The translations under genes were made by a program, and so were the position numbers. Shown here one piece after another: positions 52,660-59,674 of a DNA stretch of 60,341 nucleotides (the first letter of the stretch is position 1; the number at the start of each line of letters is the position of its first letter). This DNA comes from a virus: the IMG/VR virus record IMGVR_UViG_3300029256_000003, one strand, 5' to 3'. The notes under the pieces are model-generated. The model was given only the letters and a program-made list of their open reading frames with translations, ran no database searches and was not told where the DNA came from.

Positions 52660-52908
52660 ATGGCTGAAGAAAAGAAATACGACTACGACTCGATAAATGA
52701 GTTGCTAGCTTGGGCGAAAGAAACGCTCAACAATAAGAGATACCCGGTCGGGGAATTTCAATTGGACAAATGCGCCAAGATTCTCGATTGCGAGAAGTAT
52801 CTTGATTCGATGATCCTTGTGATTGGTAAGAACTGGGAGAACCCTACGTTTTACCCGACAGTTGACCAGTTAAGGTTGTTTAGGGAGAAGATAGAGAAAG
52901 GAGAATAA
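52660..52908 (+). CDS. Hypothetical protein
   Basis: 82 aa ORF. Confidence 0.5.
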   Translation: MAEEKKYDYDSINELLAWAKETLNNKRYPVGEFQLDKCAKILDCEKYLDSMILVIGKNWENPTFYPTVDQLRLFREKIEKGE

Positions 52909-52909
52909 T

Positions 52910-53128
52910 ATGACTTACTTATGTGTCGATAAAAACGGGACTGAGCATATTATTGAATGCGAGGTCTATTGTGAAAGAAGAGAGGGGAAAAGTCCATACA
53001 GATTTGAAGAATGTTGTTGGGGGTATAATCCGCATAATGATATATGCATCGAACTTCCCAAAGGAACAATAAAGAAAATCCTTGGACGAGAACTTACATG
53101 GGAAGATGAACCCGTAGAGTTGAAATAG
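52910..53128 (+). CDS. Hypothetical protein
   Basis: 72 aa ORF. Confidence 0.5.
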   Translation: MTYLCVDKNGTEHIIECEVYCERREGKSPYRFEECCWGYNPHNDICIELPKGTIKKILGRELTWEDEPVELK

Positions 53129-53245
53129 AGAAGGCAGCCGGATAAGCTGCCTTTTTTGATTATAGCCAACTTTGTTTTGATCCTATATAATATTTCCGTA
53201 TATTTGTCCTCAATAAAAAAGGAGAAAGTATCTAATTCAGATAAA

Positions 53246-53263
53246 GTTGCTCTATTGTTGCTC
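53246..53263 (+). repeat. Candidate integrase arm-type site (P arm), direct repeat of 53512..53529
   Basis: GTTGCTCTATTGTTGCTC, an 18/18 match to the second copy. Internally it holds two GTTGCTC units 11 nt apart. Confidence 0.55.
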
Positions 53264-53324
53264 TTTTATTTATATACCATAATTATAAACTGTTATAATA
53301 CATATATTTATATGATTTTAAAGT

Positions 53325-53371
53325 TTAGCTTCCCAAGCTGGGGGTCGCGAGTTCGAGCCTCGTTTACCGCT
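53325..53371 (+). other. attP core: 3' portion of a tRNA-Gly(CCC) gene (anticodon arm to discriminator)
   Basis: - Anticodon arm: TTAGC-TTCCCAA-GCTGG (anticodon CCC).
- Variable loop: GGGTC.
- T-arm: GCGAG-TTCGAGC-CTCGT.
- Acceptor 3' strand TTACCGC plus discriminator T.
- No 5' half is present upstream. Confidence 0.65.
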
Positions 53372-53494
53372 CTACAAAAATTGGGGCTGATTATTAGATA
53401 TTAATGTTGATTTTCAGCAAATTACAGAACAGTAAGGTTATAGATCTAAAATGATTTATAACCTTATTATTTTGTTACTTTTGATTTAAAACGC

Positions 53495-53529
53495 TACTTT
53501 TGCTTAAAATTGTTGCTCTATTGTTGCTC
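53495..53529 (+). promoter_or_regulatory. int promoter TActTTTG and second arm-type repeat
   Basis: -7 box at 53495-53502. GTTGCTCTATTGTTGCTC at 53512-53529. Confidence 0.5.
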
Positions 53530-53563
53530 GAAAAAGAAACACCTAAAGAATACACATAAAATT

Positions 53564-54898
53564 ATGGCCACATTTAAAGCAGAAGTGCAGAAGCACCAAA
53601 AAAGAAAAGATAAGACCTGGAATGTAAAAATCCGGGTAACTCATAATAGAGTTGTCCGAAGGTTACCAACCTCTATATATGTAAGCCAAGAGGATTTGAC
53701 GGTCAAGAATTTCAAAATTAAGAATCAGGAAAAGGTAGATCAATGCAATGAGATAATCAATTACTATCGTAATAAATGCAGTAAGATTGCTCTTTCTATA
53801 GATAGTATGTCGATAGACGAATTGGTCGATTATCTAAACCAAAAGGAAGAGAATGAAAAAAAAGATATTGATTTTGTATCTTTTGCAAAAGACTATATTA
53901 ATGATCTTGAAAAACAAGGTAAAAAGGGAACCGCTTCCAATTATAAAGGTATGCTCCAGTCTTTGATAGAGTTTATGAAAAGAGAGATTATATCTATTTC
54001 CGAAATAACCTATTCAATGCTGGTTAATTATTCGAAGTTTTTGATAGAAAAAAAAGAGAAGGCTAATTTAGAAGCTATAAAAAAGGGGAGGCGTATCACA
54101 ACCAATAGAATGCTATCTAACTATACCGCATGTATTCGGCATTTGCACAAGGAGGCTAAATTAAAATATAACGATGAAGAGAAAGGAATAATATTAATAC
54201 CTTGGTCGCCATTCATGAAATTCAAGGTTCCTAAAGAAGAGACTACTAGAAAAAGAGCGCTATCAGCACAGACGATAAAAGTAATTAATGATTTACCCTA
54301 TATAATGCGGCATAACGCCCGGAAAAATGTAGAGCAAAATTGCAGGTATAATCTCGCAAAAGATGTATTTATCTTGTCTTTCTGCCTGATAGGTATGAAT
54401 TCTGCCGACTTGTATAGCTGTGATAATATAAGCGATAATACGATTCAATATTTCAGAGAAAAAACAAGAACCAGACGTAGGGATAACGCAGAAATTCATG
54501 TAGATGTAAACCCATTTATTGCCGATCTGCTAGAGAAATACAAAGATCATACAGGGAAAAGAGTGTTCAGATTCTATCAAATGTATGCTGACTATAAGAA
54601 CTTTAATAAAGCTATCAATAAGGGCCTTAAGGAGATTGAGAAGAGCATTAACGATATAAATAAGTCCAATAAGAACGGTGAAATCATAGAAGATTTGGAA
54701 TTTTATGCTGCACGTCATTCATGGGCTACTATTGCGGCTAATGATCTTAAAATAGACAAGTATGTAGTCCATTCCGCCTTAAACCACGTTGACGAATCTA
54801 TGAGAGTGACCGAAATTTATATCAAGAAGGATTTTAGTGCTATAAATGAGGCTAATTCTAAAGTTATCGATTATGTGTTTAATAATAACGTGTATTAA
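53564..54898 (+). CDS. int: Tyrosine site-specific integrase
   Basis: Bacteroidota-type N-terminal arm-binding region (MATFKAEVQKHQKRKDKTWNVKIRV). C-terminal catalytic residues: ...YAARHSWAT...LNHV...VTEIYI. ATG at 53564 is preferred over TTG at 53510. Confidence 0.85.
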   Translation: MATFKAEVQKHQKRKDKTWNVKIRVTHNRVVRRLPTSIYVSQEDLTVKNFKIKNQEKVDQCNEIINYYRNKCSKIALSIDSMSIDELVDYLNQKEENEKKDIDFVSFAKDYINDLEKQGKKGTASNYKGMLQSLIEFMKREIISISEITYSMLVNYSKFLIEKKEKANLEAIKKGRRITTNRMLSNYTACIRHLHKEAKLKYNDEEKGIILIPWSPFMKFKVPKEETTRKRALSAQTIKVINDLPYIMRHNARKNVEQNCRYNLAKDVFILSFCLIGMNSADLYSCDNISDNTIQYFREKTRTRRRDNAEIHVDVNPFIADLLEKYKDHTGKRVFRFYQMYADYKNFNKAINKGLKEIEKSINDINKSNKNGEIIEDLEFYAARHSWATIAANDLKIDKYVVHSALNHVDESMRVTEIYIKKDFSAINEANSKVIDYVFNNNVY

Positions 54899-54953
54899 TT
54901 AAGTTTGAATAATCAAACTATTTTTGTACATTTGCGTTGTCAATACTTGGAAT

Positions 54954-55196
54954 ATGGGCAACTGGAGTGAAAAACAAGAAATAAAGAAAGAACGGAAAGA
55001 AAAAGATAATACTAGGCGGGAAAAGCTTGCTGGGTATTTCTTTGACTTGTCTAAACTTGTGTTTGCCGCTCTTGTATTGGGTGGTATAACTCCTTTGTTT
55101 ACTAATGTTTCAAATGAAATAAATTGGTCTACAATTGTATTGGGAATTTTTTCTACTTACATTTTTGCCAATTTTGCTAATAGAATTTTAAAATGA
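54954..55196 (+). CDS. Small membrane protein (lysogeny-module moron)
   Basis: 80 aa from the ATG at 54954: a K/E-rich N-terminus, then two TM helices. Promoter TAcaTTTG at 54927-54934. Confidence 0.5.
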   Translation: MGNWSEKQEIKKERKEKDNTRREKLAGYFFDLSKLVFAALVLGGITPLFTNVSNEINWSTIVLGIFSTYIFANFANRILK

Positions 55197-55203
55197 AAGT
55201 AAT

Positions 55204-55308
55204 ATGGATGCATTAACAATGATTTTTTTAATGACTAGTGTCATAGGTTCTGCGCTAGTTATTTGGTCACATACCAAAAGTGGCAAAAAGTGGCTAAAGG
55301 ACTTATAA
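55204..55308 (+). CDS. Very small membrane peptide (34 aa)
   Basis: My translation: MDALTMIFLMTSVIGSALVIWSHTKSGKKWLKDL. Confidence 0.3.
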   Translation: MDALTMIFLMTSVIGSALVIWSHTKSGKKWLKDL

Positions 55309-55371
55309 ATATACAAATAAGGCGTGATTTTTTTATAGGTCACGCCTTGTTCTATAAATAGACAGATTAAT

Positions 55372-56142
55372 TTATAGCAGGGCATCGCTAACAATATGCT
55401 GTTTAACTATCCATAAACTTCTCACCTGTTCTATCTCTATATCAAAATCGTCAAATTCCTCGCTATTGATAGAATGGGCGATCCAATATCTGCAAGACAA
55501 TGATTGCTCTTTGTGTCTACGCAATACTTTGATATGGCCATGATATTCTCCCGTGTCTTTGTCCTCTATTACTATTCCAAATATATTTCCAAACGGAATC
55601 ATATTTGGGTTTTCTCTTGGGAGTGTGTATTTTTTTAAAGCGACCCAGCATCCAGAAGGAAGAGTAGGAGACATAGAACGTCCTACCACTTGGGCGATAC
55701 CTTCACAATCTTTACAGTCCGGCAGGTACCAGTATCTTGTAATATCTTCCGTAGTATTGATTAACTGTGTTTGCCCGGCTGCAAACCTGAAACTAACTTG
55801 TGGCAGCAAATGGAACCCTTTCTTCTTTGCATCTCGATATTCTTCTTCTGATGTGATTGATATACCAGAGGATGTAGGTAGGTTTATAGGGGGATCTGAT
55901 AATTCTTTCTTATCTTCTTCTTTGAACATAGAACCGTTGCCGGTGAGAATGTAATTAGCATTAACTTGCGGATATGCCTCGCAAAGCCCAACTATTATAT
56001 CTGAAGATATGCTTTTGGTTACTCCTTTTTTGTAATGAGACACTTTGGCTTGTGCGTTTTTTACGCCTTTTTCTTTTTCAAGCGTATAAGCTGTAATTTG
56101 AAGTTCATTAATCACTTCTAAAAAACGTTCATCTCTTTCCAT
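55372..56142 (-). CDS. CI-like repressor: N-terminal HTH + C-terminal S24 (LexA-like) autopeptidase
   Basis: 256 aa. N-terminal XRE-like HTH, and C-terminal VVGRSMSPTLPSGCWVALKK (S24 Ser motif). Divergent from the operator/promoter region. Confidence 0.85.
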   Translation of the reverse strand: MERDERFLEVINELQITAYTLEKEKGVKNAQAKVSHYKKGVTKSISSDIIVGLCEAYPQVNANYILTGNGSMFKEEDKKELSDPPINLPTSSGISITSEEEYRDAKKKGFHLLPQVSFRFAAGQTQLINTTEDITRYWYLPDCKDCEGIAQVVGRSMSPTLPSGCWVALKKYTLPRENPNMIPFGNIFGIVIEDKDTGEYHGHIKVLRRHKEQSLSCRYWIAHSINSEEFDDFDIEIEQVRSLWIVKQHIVSDALL

Positions 56143-56158
56143 AAATAAATTATTTGTC

Positions 56159-56184
56159 TACTATAATTTATTATAGTATCTTTG
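56159..56184 (+). promoter_or_regulatory. Operator palindrome overlapping a rightward promoter
   Basis: A 20-bp near-perfect palindrome TACTATAATT|TATTATAGTA (56159-56178) overlaps the -7 box TAtcTTTG (56177-56184). Confidence 0.65.
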
Positions 56185-56254
56185 CATCGTAACAAGTTGC
56201 AGATGTTACAGAGACAAAGTGGTTAAACTTCCTCGCTAGAGGTTTAATATATGG

Positions 56255-56292
56255 TATCCGTAGTAGCTGCAACCTATTGCGGATATTTTTTT
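56255..56292 (+). terminator. Rho-independent terminator about 100 nt downstream of the 56177 promoter
   Basis: TATCCG-19 nt-CGGATA followed by T7. Confidence 0.6.
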
Positions 56293-56300
56293 ATTTTCAA

Positions 56301-56684
56301 TTAATAACAAACATATAGCAGCAATGAAATCAGAATTGAAGCGGAAGATAAATAGAATAGCCACTCACATAAGGAGAAGATTGATAGCCTATCGATGGCT
56401 AAATGGCCATTATGGTAAATGCTATCTATTTGTCCCTTCTGAATTTTGTTTAAAATCCGATTGCAGGTATTTGTCCTCTCATATAGGCAAATACATCCGA
56501 AGAAAATGGATAACAGAGTTGATATTGCTGCGGCACGAAGATACACCTCTGTGCGAATCGTGTCCGATGAGAGGCCGAAGACCACCGCCACAAATGCCGC
56601 TTGTACAGTCACCAAAGAGCGAAAAAAATTGTATTTCTCTATCTCTAATTCTTTACTTGTTTCTGTAATCATAAAAAATAACAA
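56301..56684 (-). CDS. Three-TM membrane protein, unknown function
   Basis: 127 aa with three clear hydrophobic helices. The competing plus-strand ORFs are R-rich and junk-like. Confidence 0.55.
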   Translation of the reverse strand: MLFFMITETSKELEIEKYNFFRSLVTVQAAFVAVVFGLSSDTIRTEVYLRAAAISTLLSIFFGCICLYERTNTCNRILNKIQKGQIDSIYHNGHLAIDRLSIFSLCEWLFYLSSASILISLLLYVCY

Positions 56685-56690
56685 TTATAT

Positions 56691-56819
56691 ATGAATAAAT
56701 TTTTTCCTTCTAAAAACGATAAATTAGGTTGGGCATGCTGCATTGTAGGATTTGCTTCCGCTATATTGGCTTTTTCTGTTATCATAGCTGATATAATTAT
56801 AAAATTACCAAAGAACTAA
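56691..56819 (+). CDS. Small TM peptide (42 aa), uncertain
   Basis: My translation: MNKFFPSKNDKLGWACCIVGFASAILAFSVIIADIIIKLPKN. Confidence 0.25.
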   Translation: MNKFFPSKNDKLGWACCIVGFASAILAFSVIIADIIIKLPKN

Positions 56820-56831
56820 GATCAAAGAACT

Positions 56832-57011
56832 ATGAATGAAAAATTAAACCTATTTCTCGATTTATGCAATTCTGATGAACAAATCAGAATGAGTTGTTTA
56901 AAGTACGCAGTTTGCGTTTATGAGGCACAGCACATGTGTGGTAGCCCCTTGAAACTTGCGCAAGTTTTTTACGATTGGGTTACTTCTCAAGAGGAAAAGC
57001 GACCGGAATAG
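56832..57011 (+). CDS. Small hypothetical protein (59 aa), uncertain
   Basis: My translation: MNEKLNLFLDLCNSDEQIRMSCLKYAVCVYEAQHMCGSPLKLAQVFYDWVTSQEEKRPE. It overlaps the 3' end of the minus-strand ORF by 32 nt. Confidence 0.3.
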   Translation: MNEKLNLFLDLCNSDEQIRMSCLKYAVCVYEAQHMCGSPLKLAQVFYDWVTSQEEKRPE

Positions 57012-57303
57012 AAAAACTTATTGTACTTGTAGTGGAATTGGTAGTTTCATTGCCAATTCCAACTCTTGCAATACTAATTTTTAAACCTGCATTAGCTTCA
57101 TTCTTTCCAGAAACAACTACGCTTAGATTGAAATCTACGTTTCTGACCATTTTCCCATCTTCTGTAATGGAATATATTTCTCCTCTATTAGAATATCTAG
57201 AAGGACAAACAACTACACCACTATTACATTTCTCGCTATTAATTTCGATAACAGCATCTGTGATATCTCCTATCACTTCTTTGATAAATTCTTTTATTTC
57301 CAT
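56980..57303 (-). CDS. Small beta-rich protein resembling trypco2 (trypsin-co-occurring domain 2) effector-associated domains, tentative
   Basis: 107 aa. N-terminal helix EIKEFIKEVIGDITDAVIE, then VRNVDFNLSVVVSGKNEANAGLKISIARVGIGNETTNSTTSTISFSIPV. This matches my recollection of the trypco2 pattern (helix, strand, G-rich turn, strand). Confidence 0.4.
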   Translation of the reverse strand: MEIKEFIKEVIGDITDAVIEINSEKCNSGVVVCPSRYSNRGEIYSITEDGKMVRNVDFNLSVVVSGKNEANAGLKISIARVGIGNETTNSTTSTISFSIPVAFPLEK

Positions 57304-57353
57304 GATTCTATATAAATAATGTATAATCCGCTCTAATAGTTAAATAATGTTTC

Positions 57354-57409
57354 TACTATAATTATTTATACTATATGCTTTGGTAATATAAAATCTTATA
57401 GTATCTTTG
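57354..57409 (+). promoter_or_regulatory. Second copy of the operator half-sites and rightward promoter (early operon)
   Basis: TACTATAAT at 57354-57362, TACTATA at 57369-57375, TTATAGTA at 57396-57403, and TAtcTTTG at 57402-57409. The 16-nt ttatagtatctttgca is identical to 56172-56187. Confidence 0.6.
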
Positions 57410-57485
57410 CAATACAAATCAATCCAATACAAATAAAAGGATAAAATTTGATAGAAACAATAGTAATAACTAAAAAGAGATTAAG

Positions 57486-57752
57486 ATGAACGCATTCAGT
57501 TTTTTAAAAGATGGAAAATTTAATAACAGTGAGATAATGAAACATGCTCACATCTTGAAGGCGTATCGTCGTATCTCTTTAAGTGAAGCATTGAAACAGG
57601 CTTGGTTCTTGGCAAAGAAACAGCAAAAAGAATACAGAGAGATTGAAGAGGAAAAGAAGTCTTTCAAGCCGGTATTCAATGCAAGCAAGGGAAATGTATT
57701 GAAAGCGTTCTTTGCCGATAAATATACTAACTATGATAGCTCTTGGAGGTAA
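57486..57752 (+). CDS. Early hypothetical protein
   Basis: 88 aa; first ORF after the early promoter. Confidence 0.55.
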   Translation: MNAFSFLKDGKFNNSEIMKHAHILKAYRRISLSEALKQAWFLAKKQQKEYREIEEEKKSFKPVFNASKGNVLKAFFADKYTNYDSSWR

Positions 57753-57754
57753 TT

Positions 57755-57928
57755 ATGAGTACAGAACAGATTAACGAGAATTTGGCTTTCCTTCATCAAT
57801 ACGTAAAGGATTTGGAGGAGAAAGACGAAAAGACCGTTCAGTTATTGACCGCTTTTAATAAGCCAAAGAAATGGATTATGAATTACCTTTTTAATTTGAT
57901 AAGTGAATACGAAGCTCTGTTAGGTTAG
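57755..57928 (+). CDS. Early hypothetical protein (57 aa)
   Basis: ATG at 57755 (MSTEQINENL...). Confidence 0.5.
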   Translation: MSTEQINENLAFLHQYVKDLEEKDEKTVQLLTAFNKPKKWIMNYLFNLISEYEALLG

Positions 57929-58179
57929 AACCTACGAAAGAAGCGAGCGAAACGCTTTCAGGGCACAATGGTAAACCGATGACTCCTAATTCGGGATGGG
58001 AGGCTTAACCCTCAAAAATGAAGCCGTGTTCAGGGCACGTTAAAGTAGCCTGCGCTAATAAGCATTATAGCCGAGGCGGAGAATAATAAACTGTATAAGC
58101 AATCGATGGCGATGATATGAGCCTAAGACAGCAGCAGTCGATAAGTTAAAGATCATCACACTATTAGTGTGTATATATA

Positions 58180-58235
58180 GCCCTACTGACGGATTGAACG
58201 GCATCCGATAGCGAGAATCGGGTAGGGCACTTTTT
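58180..58235 (+). terminator. Terminator-like long hairpin with T-run
   Basis: GCCCTAC (58180-58186) pairs with GTAGGGC (58222-58228), enclosing sub-hairpin CGGAT..ATCCG and followed by T5. Confidence 0.5.
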
Positions 58236-58269
58236 GCAGTGTTTTATTTTTTATTTGTGTGGTTCTATA

Positions 58270-58300
58270 GTGTACGGTCTGTGAAGATAGTGCACTTTTT
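58270..58300 (+). promoter_or_regulatory. Conserved-loop hairpin, copy b (stem GTGTAC/GTGCAC) with T-run
   Basis: The loop holds GGTCTGTGAAGATAG (58276-58290). T5 at 58296-58300. It sits 5 nt upstream of the tRNA-like element. Confidence 0.55.
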
Positions 58301-58305
58301 AATAA

Positions 58306-58409
58306 GGAGAATTGGCGGAATCAGTAGACGCACCACTCGATAATAGGAATGTCAACCTTAGATGTGGCGAGCTTGACAACTCATCTTGGTGCAAATCCAA
58401 GATTCTCCA
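58306..58409 (+). ncRNA. tRNA-like element (104 nt), Leu-type D-arm and long variable arm, non-canonical expanded anticodon region
   Basis: - Acceptor GGAGAAT/ATTCTCC is perfect.
- D-arm is TGGCGGAATCAGTAGACGC.
- T-arm is CTTGG-TGCAAAT-CCAAG.
- 35 nt sit where a 17-nt anticodon arm is expected.
- A CTTAGAT loop (anticodon TAG) is closed by only 4 bp, with a 20-nt insertion on its 5' side. Confidence 0.5.
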
Positions 58410-58434
58410 CAATAATAATCAAATAATTAATCTT

Positions 58435-58596
58435 ATGAAACGTACTCCACTATTAGCAATTTGGACAATATCATTTGCAATGGTGATATTGTTTGCAAAC
58501 CGATTAAATATCGTTTTCTGGCTTTCATTTACTGTGTTTGCATTATGTTCCATATACATGGAAAAGCACCAAAAGAGACTAAAGAGAGAAAAGTGA
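58435..58596 (+). CDS. Small two-TM membrane protein (53 aa)
   Basis: ATG at 58435 (MKRTPLLAIWTISFAMVILF...). The upstream part of the track ORF overlaps the tRNA-like element. Confidence 0.45.
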   Translation: MKRTPLLAIWTISFAMVILFANRLNIVFWLSFTVFALCSIYMEKHQKRLKREK

Positions 58597-58657
58597 TATA
58601 GGTATGCGGTTCGAGAGAATAGCTGTTTTATGTGTGAAAATTCGTGTTTCGATTAAG

Positions 58658-58756
58658 TCCTGTATCTGACGTGATACAGGAAACGGGCGTAAAGTGGCAG
58701 TGTGTGAGCTCACCTGTCCGGTTGGTTTATTGTCGGTTCGAATCCGATTACGCCCA
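58658..58756 (+). ncRNA. Perfect 9-bp hairpin followed by a 72-nt tRNA-like element lacking a foldable anticodon arm
   Basis: - Hairpin: TCCTGTATC-tgacgt-GATACAGGA (58658-58681).
- Acceptor GGGCGTA (58685-58691) pairs with TACGCCC (58749-58755).
- Canonical T-arm: GTCGG-TTCGAAT-CCGAT.
- A8 is present instead of U8.
- I could not find a 5-bp anticodon stem. Confidence 0.35.
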
Positions 58757-58783
58757 CAAATCAATAATTTAAATATTTGTATT

Positions 58784-59035
58784 ATGAAAGGAATAAAAGG
58801 GAAAAAAGGGTTTGATAAAAGCAAAGAGAGAATACGTATAGAAAAAAAACTTCTAAAGAAAGAAGACGATGTTAAATTTGACCATAGCGATGAAATGTTA
58901 TTAAAAATACGTAGAATCGCTATCGAACTGAATAGAAAAGCTAGAGAAGAGAGGATTATTGAAAAGGGGCAACGTTTATATACGGTGGTGAACAATAAAG
59001 AAGCCGAATATATTCAGGTAGTTAGAAACTATTAA
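58784..59035 (+). CDS. Lys/Glu-rich hypothetical protein
   Basis: 83 aa from the ATG at 58784. Confidence 0.5.
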   Translation: MKGIKGKKGFDKSKERIRIEKKLLKKEDDVKFDHSDEMLLKIRRIAIELNRKAREERIIEKGQRLYTVVNNKEAEYIQVVRNY

Positions 59036-59066
59036 TTAAACTGTGTAATAATTTAAGCCAATAGCT

Positions 59067-59375
59067 ATGAGAACAAAGCTAGAGCTAGATTTATATCAAT
59101 TAAAGAACATAATGGCTGACATGGTTCAAGTTGGGTACATGAAAGCTATTAAAGTTTATGAACCAACGAAAGATAATATAAGTACAAGAGAGTTGGTTAG
59201 ATGGTTCAAGACGCTTGGTGTAGATCCTTCATACATAAACAAAATGGAATCAGAAGGATTAATAAAAGGCAAAAGAAAAGGAGCCGGTAAAAATTCTCCG
59301 ATATGCTATTCCAGATTGGAGATTAAACAAGCTTTAGCTACAATTGATTTAAACAAATACATCAATATAAAATAG
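59067..59375 (+). CDS. Possible HTH (excisionase/MerR-like) protein, tentative
   Basis: 102 aa. ISTRELVRWFKTLGVDPSYINKMESEGLI looks like a helix-turn-helix. Confidence 0.4.
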   Translation: MRTKLELDLYQLKNIMADMVQVGYMKAIKVYEPTKDNISTRELVRWFKTLGVDPSYINKMESEGLIKGKRKGAGKNSPICYSRLEIKQALATIDLNKYINIK

Positions 59376-59422
59376 CTATAAAATTGCATTTCAATTATTT
59401 ATATGTAATAAAATTCATAGAA

Positions 59423-59674
59423 ATGAAGAAAATATTTGTAATCTTAATAGGAGGAGCAATATTATTTGAATTAGTTGCATTATTAGCTTCTACTATTTCA
59501 TCATGTTTCTTTTTCATTACAACATTTACGTTAATCGATTTTGAGGAAAGAACAACATCTTTTATTCTTGGTGTTGTAAGTTCCTTATTTACGTATGGAA
59601 TGTTTAGAGCATTTGCAAATTCAATAGATATTATATCTGATAAATTTGGAATAAAGAATAAAAATCAAGCTTAG
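59423..59674 (+). CDS. Small membrane protein
   Basis: 83 aa from the ATG at 59423, with 2-3 TM helices. Confidence 0.5.
   Translation: MKKIFVILIGGAILFELVALLASTISSCFFFITTFTLIDFEERTTSFILGVVSSLFTYGMFRAFANSIDIISDKFGIKNKNQA

Noticed and set aside
53156-53404. 82-aa plus-strand ORF across the attP region.
   Set aside because: It is AT-rich with low-complexity I/L/Y content. It overlaps the tRNA-Gly fragment and an arm-type repeat, and has no coding-like features.
58312-58434. N-terminal extension of ORF 58312..58596. The ORF 58694..59035 has a similar extension.
   Set aside because: The extensions are translations of the tRNA-like elements. Internal ATGs at 58435 and 58784 give compact, plausible proteins.
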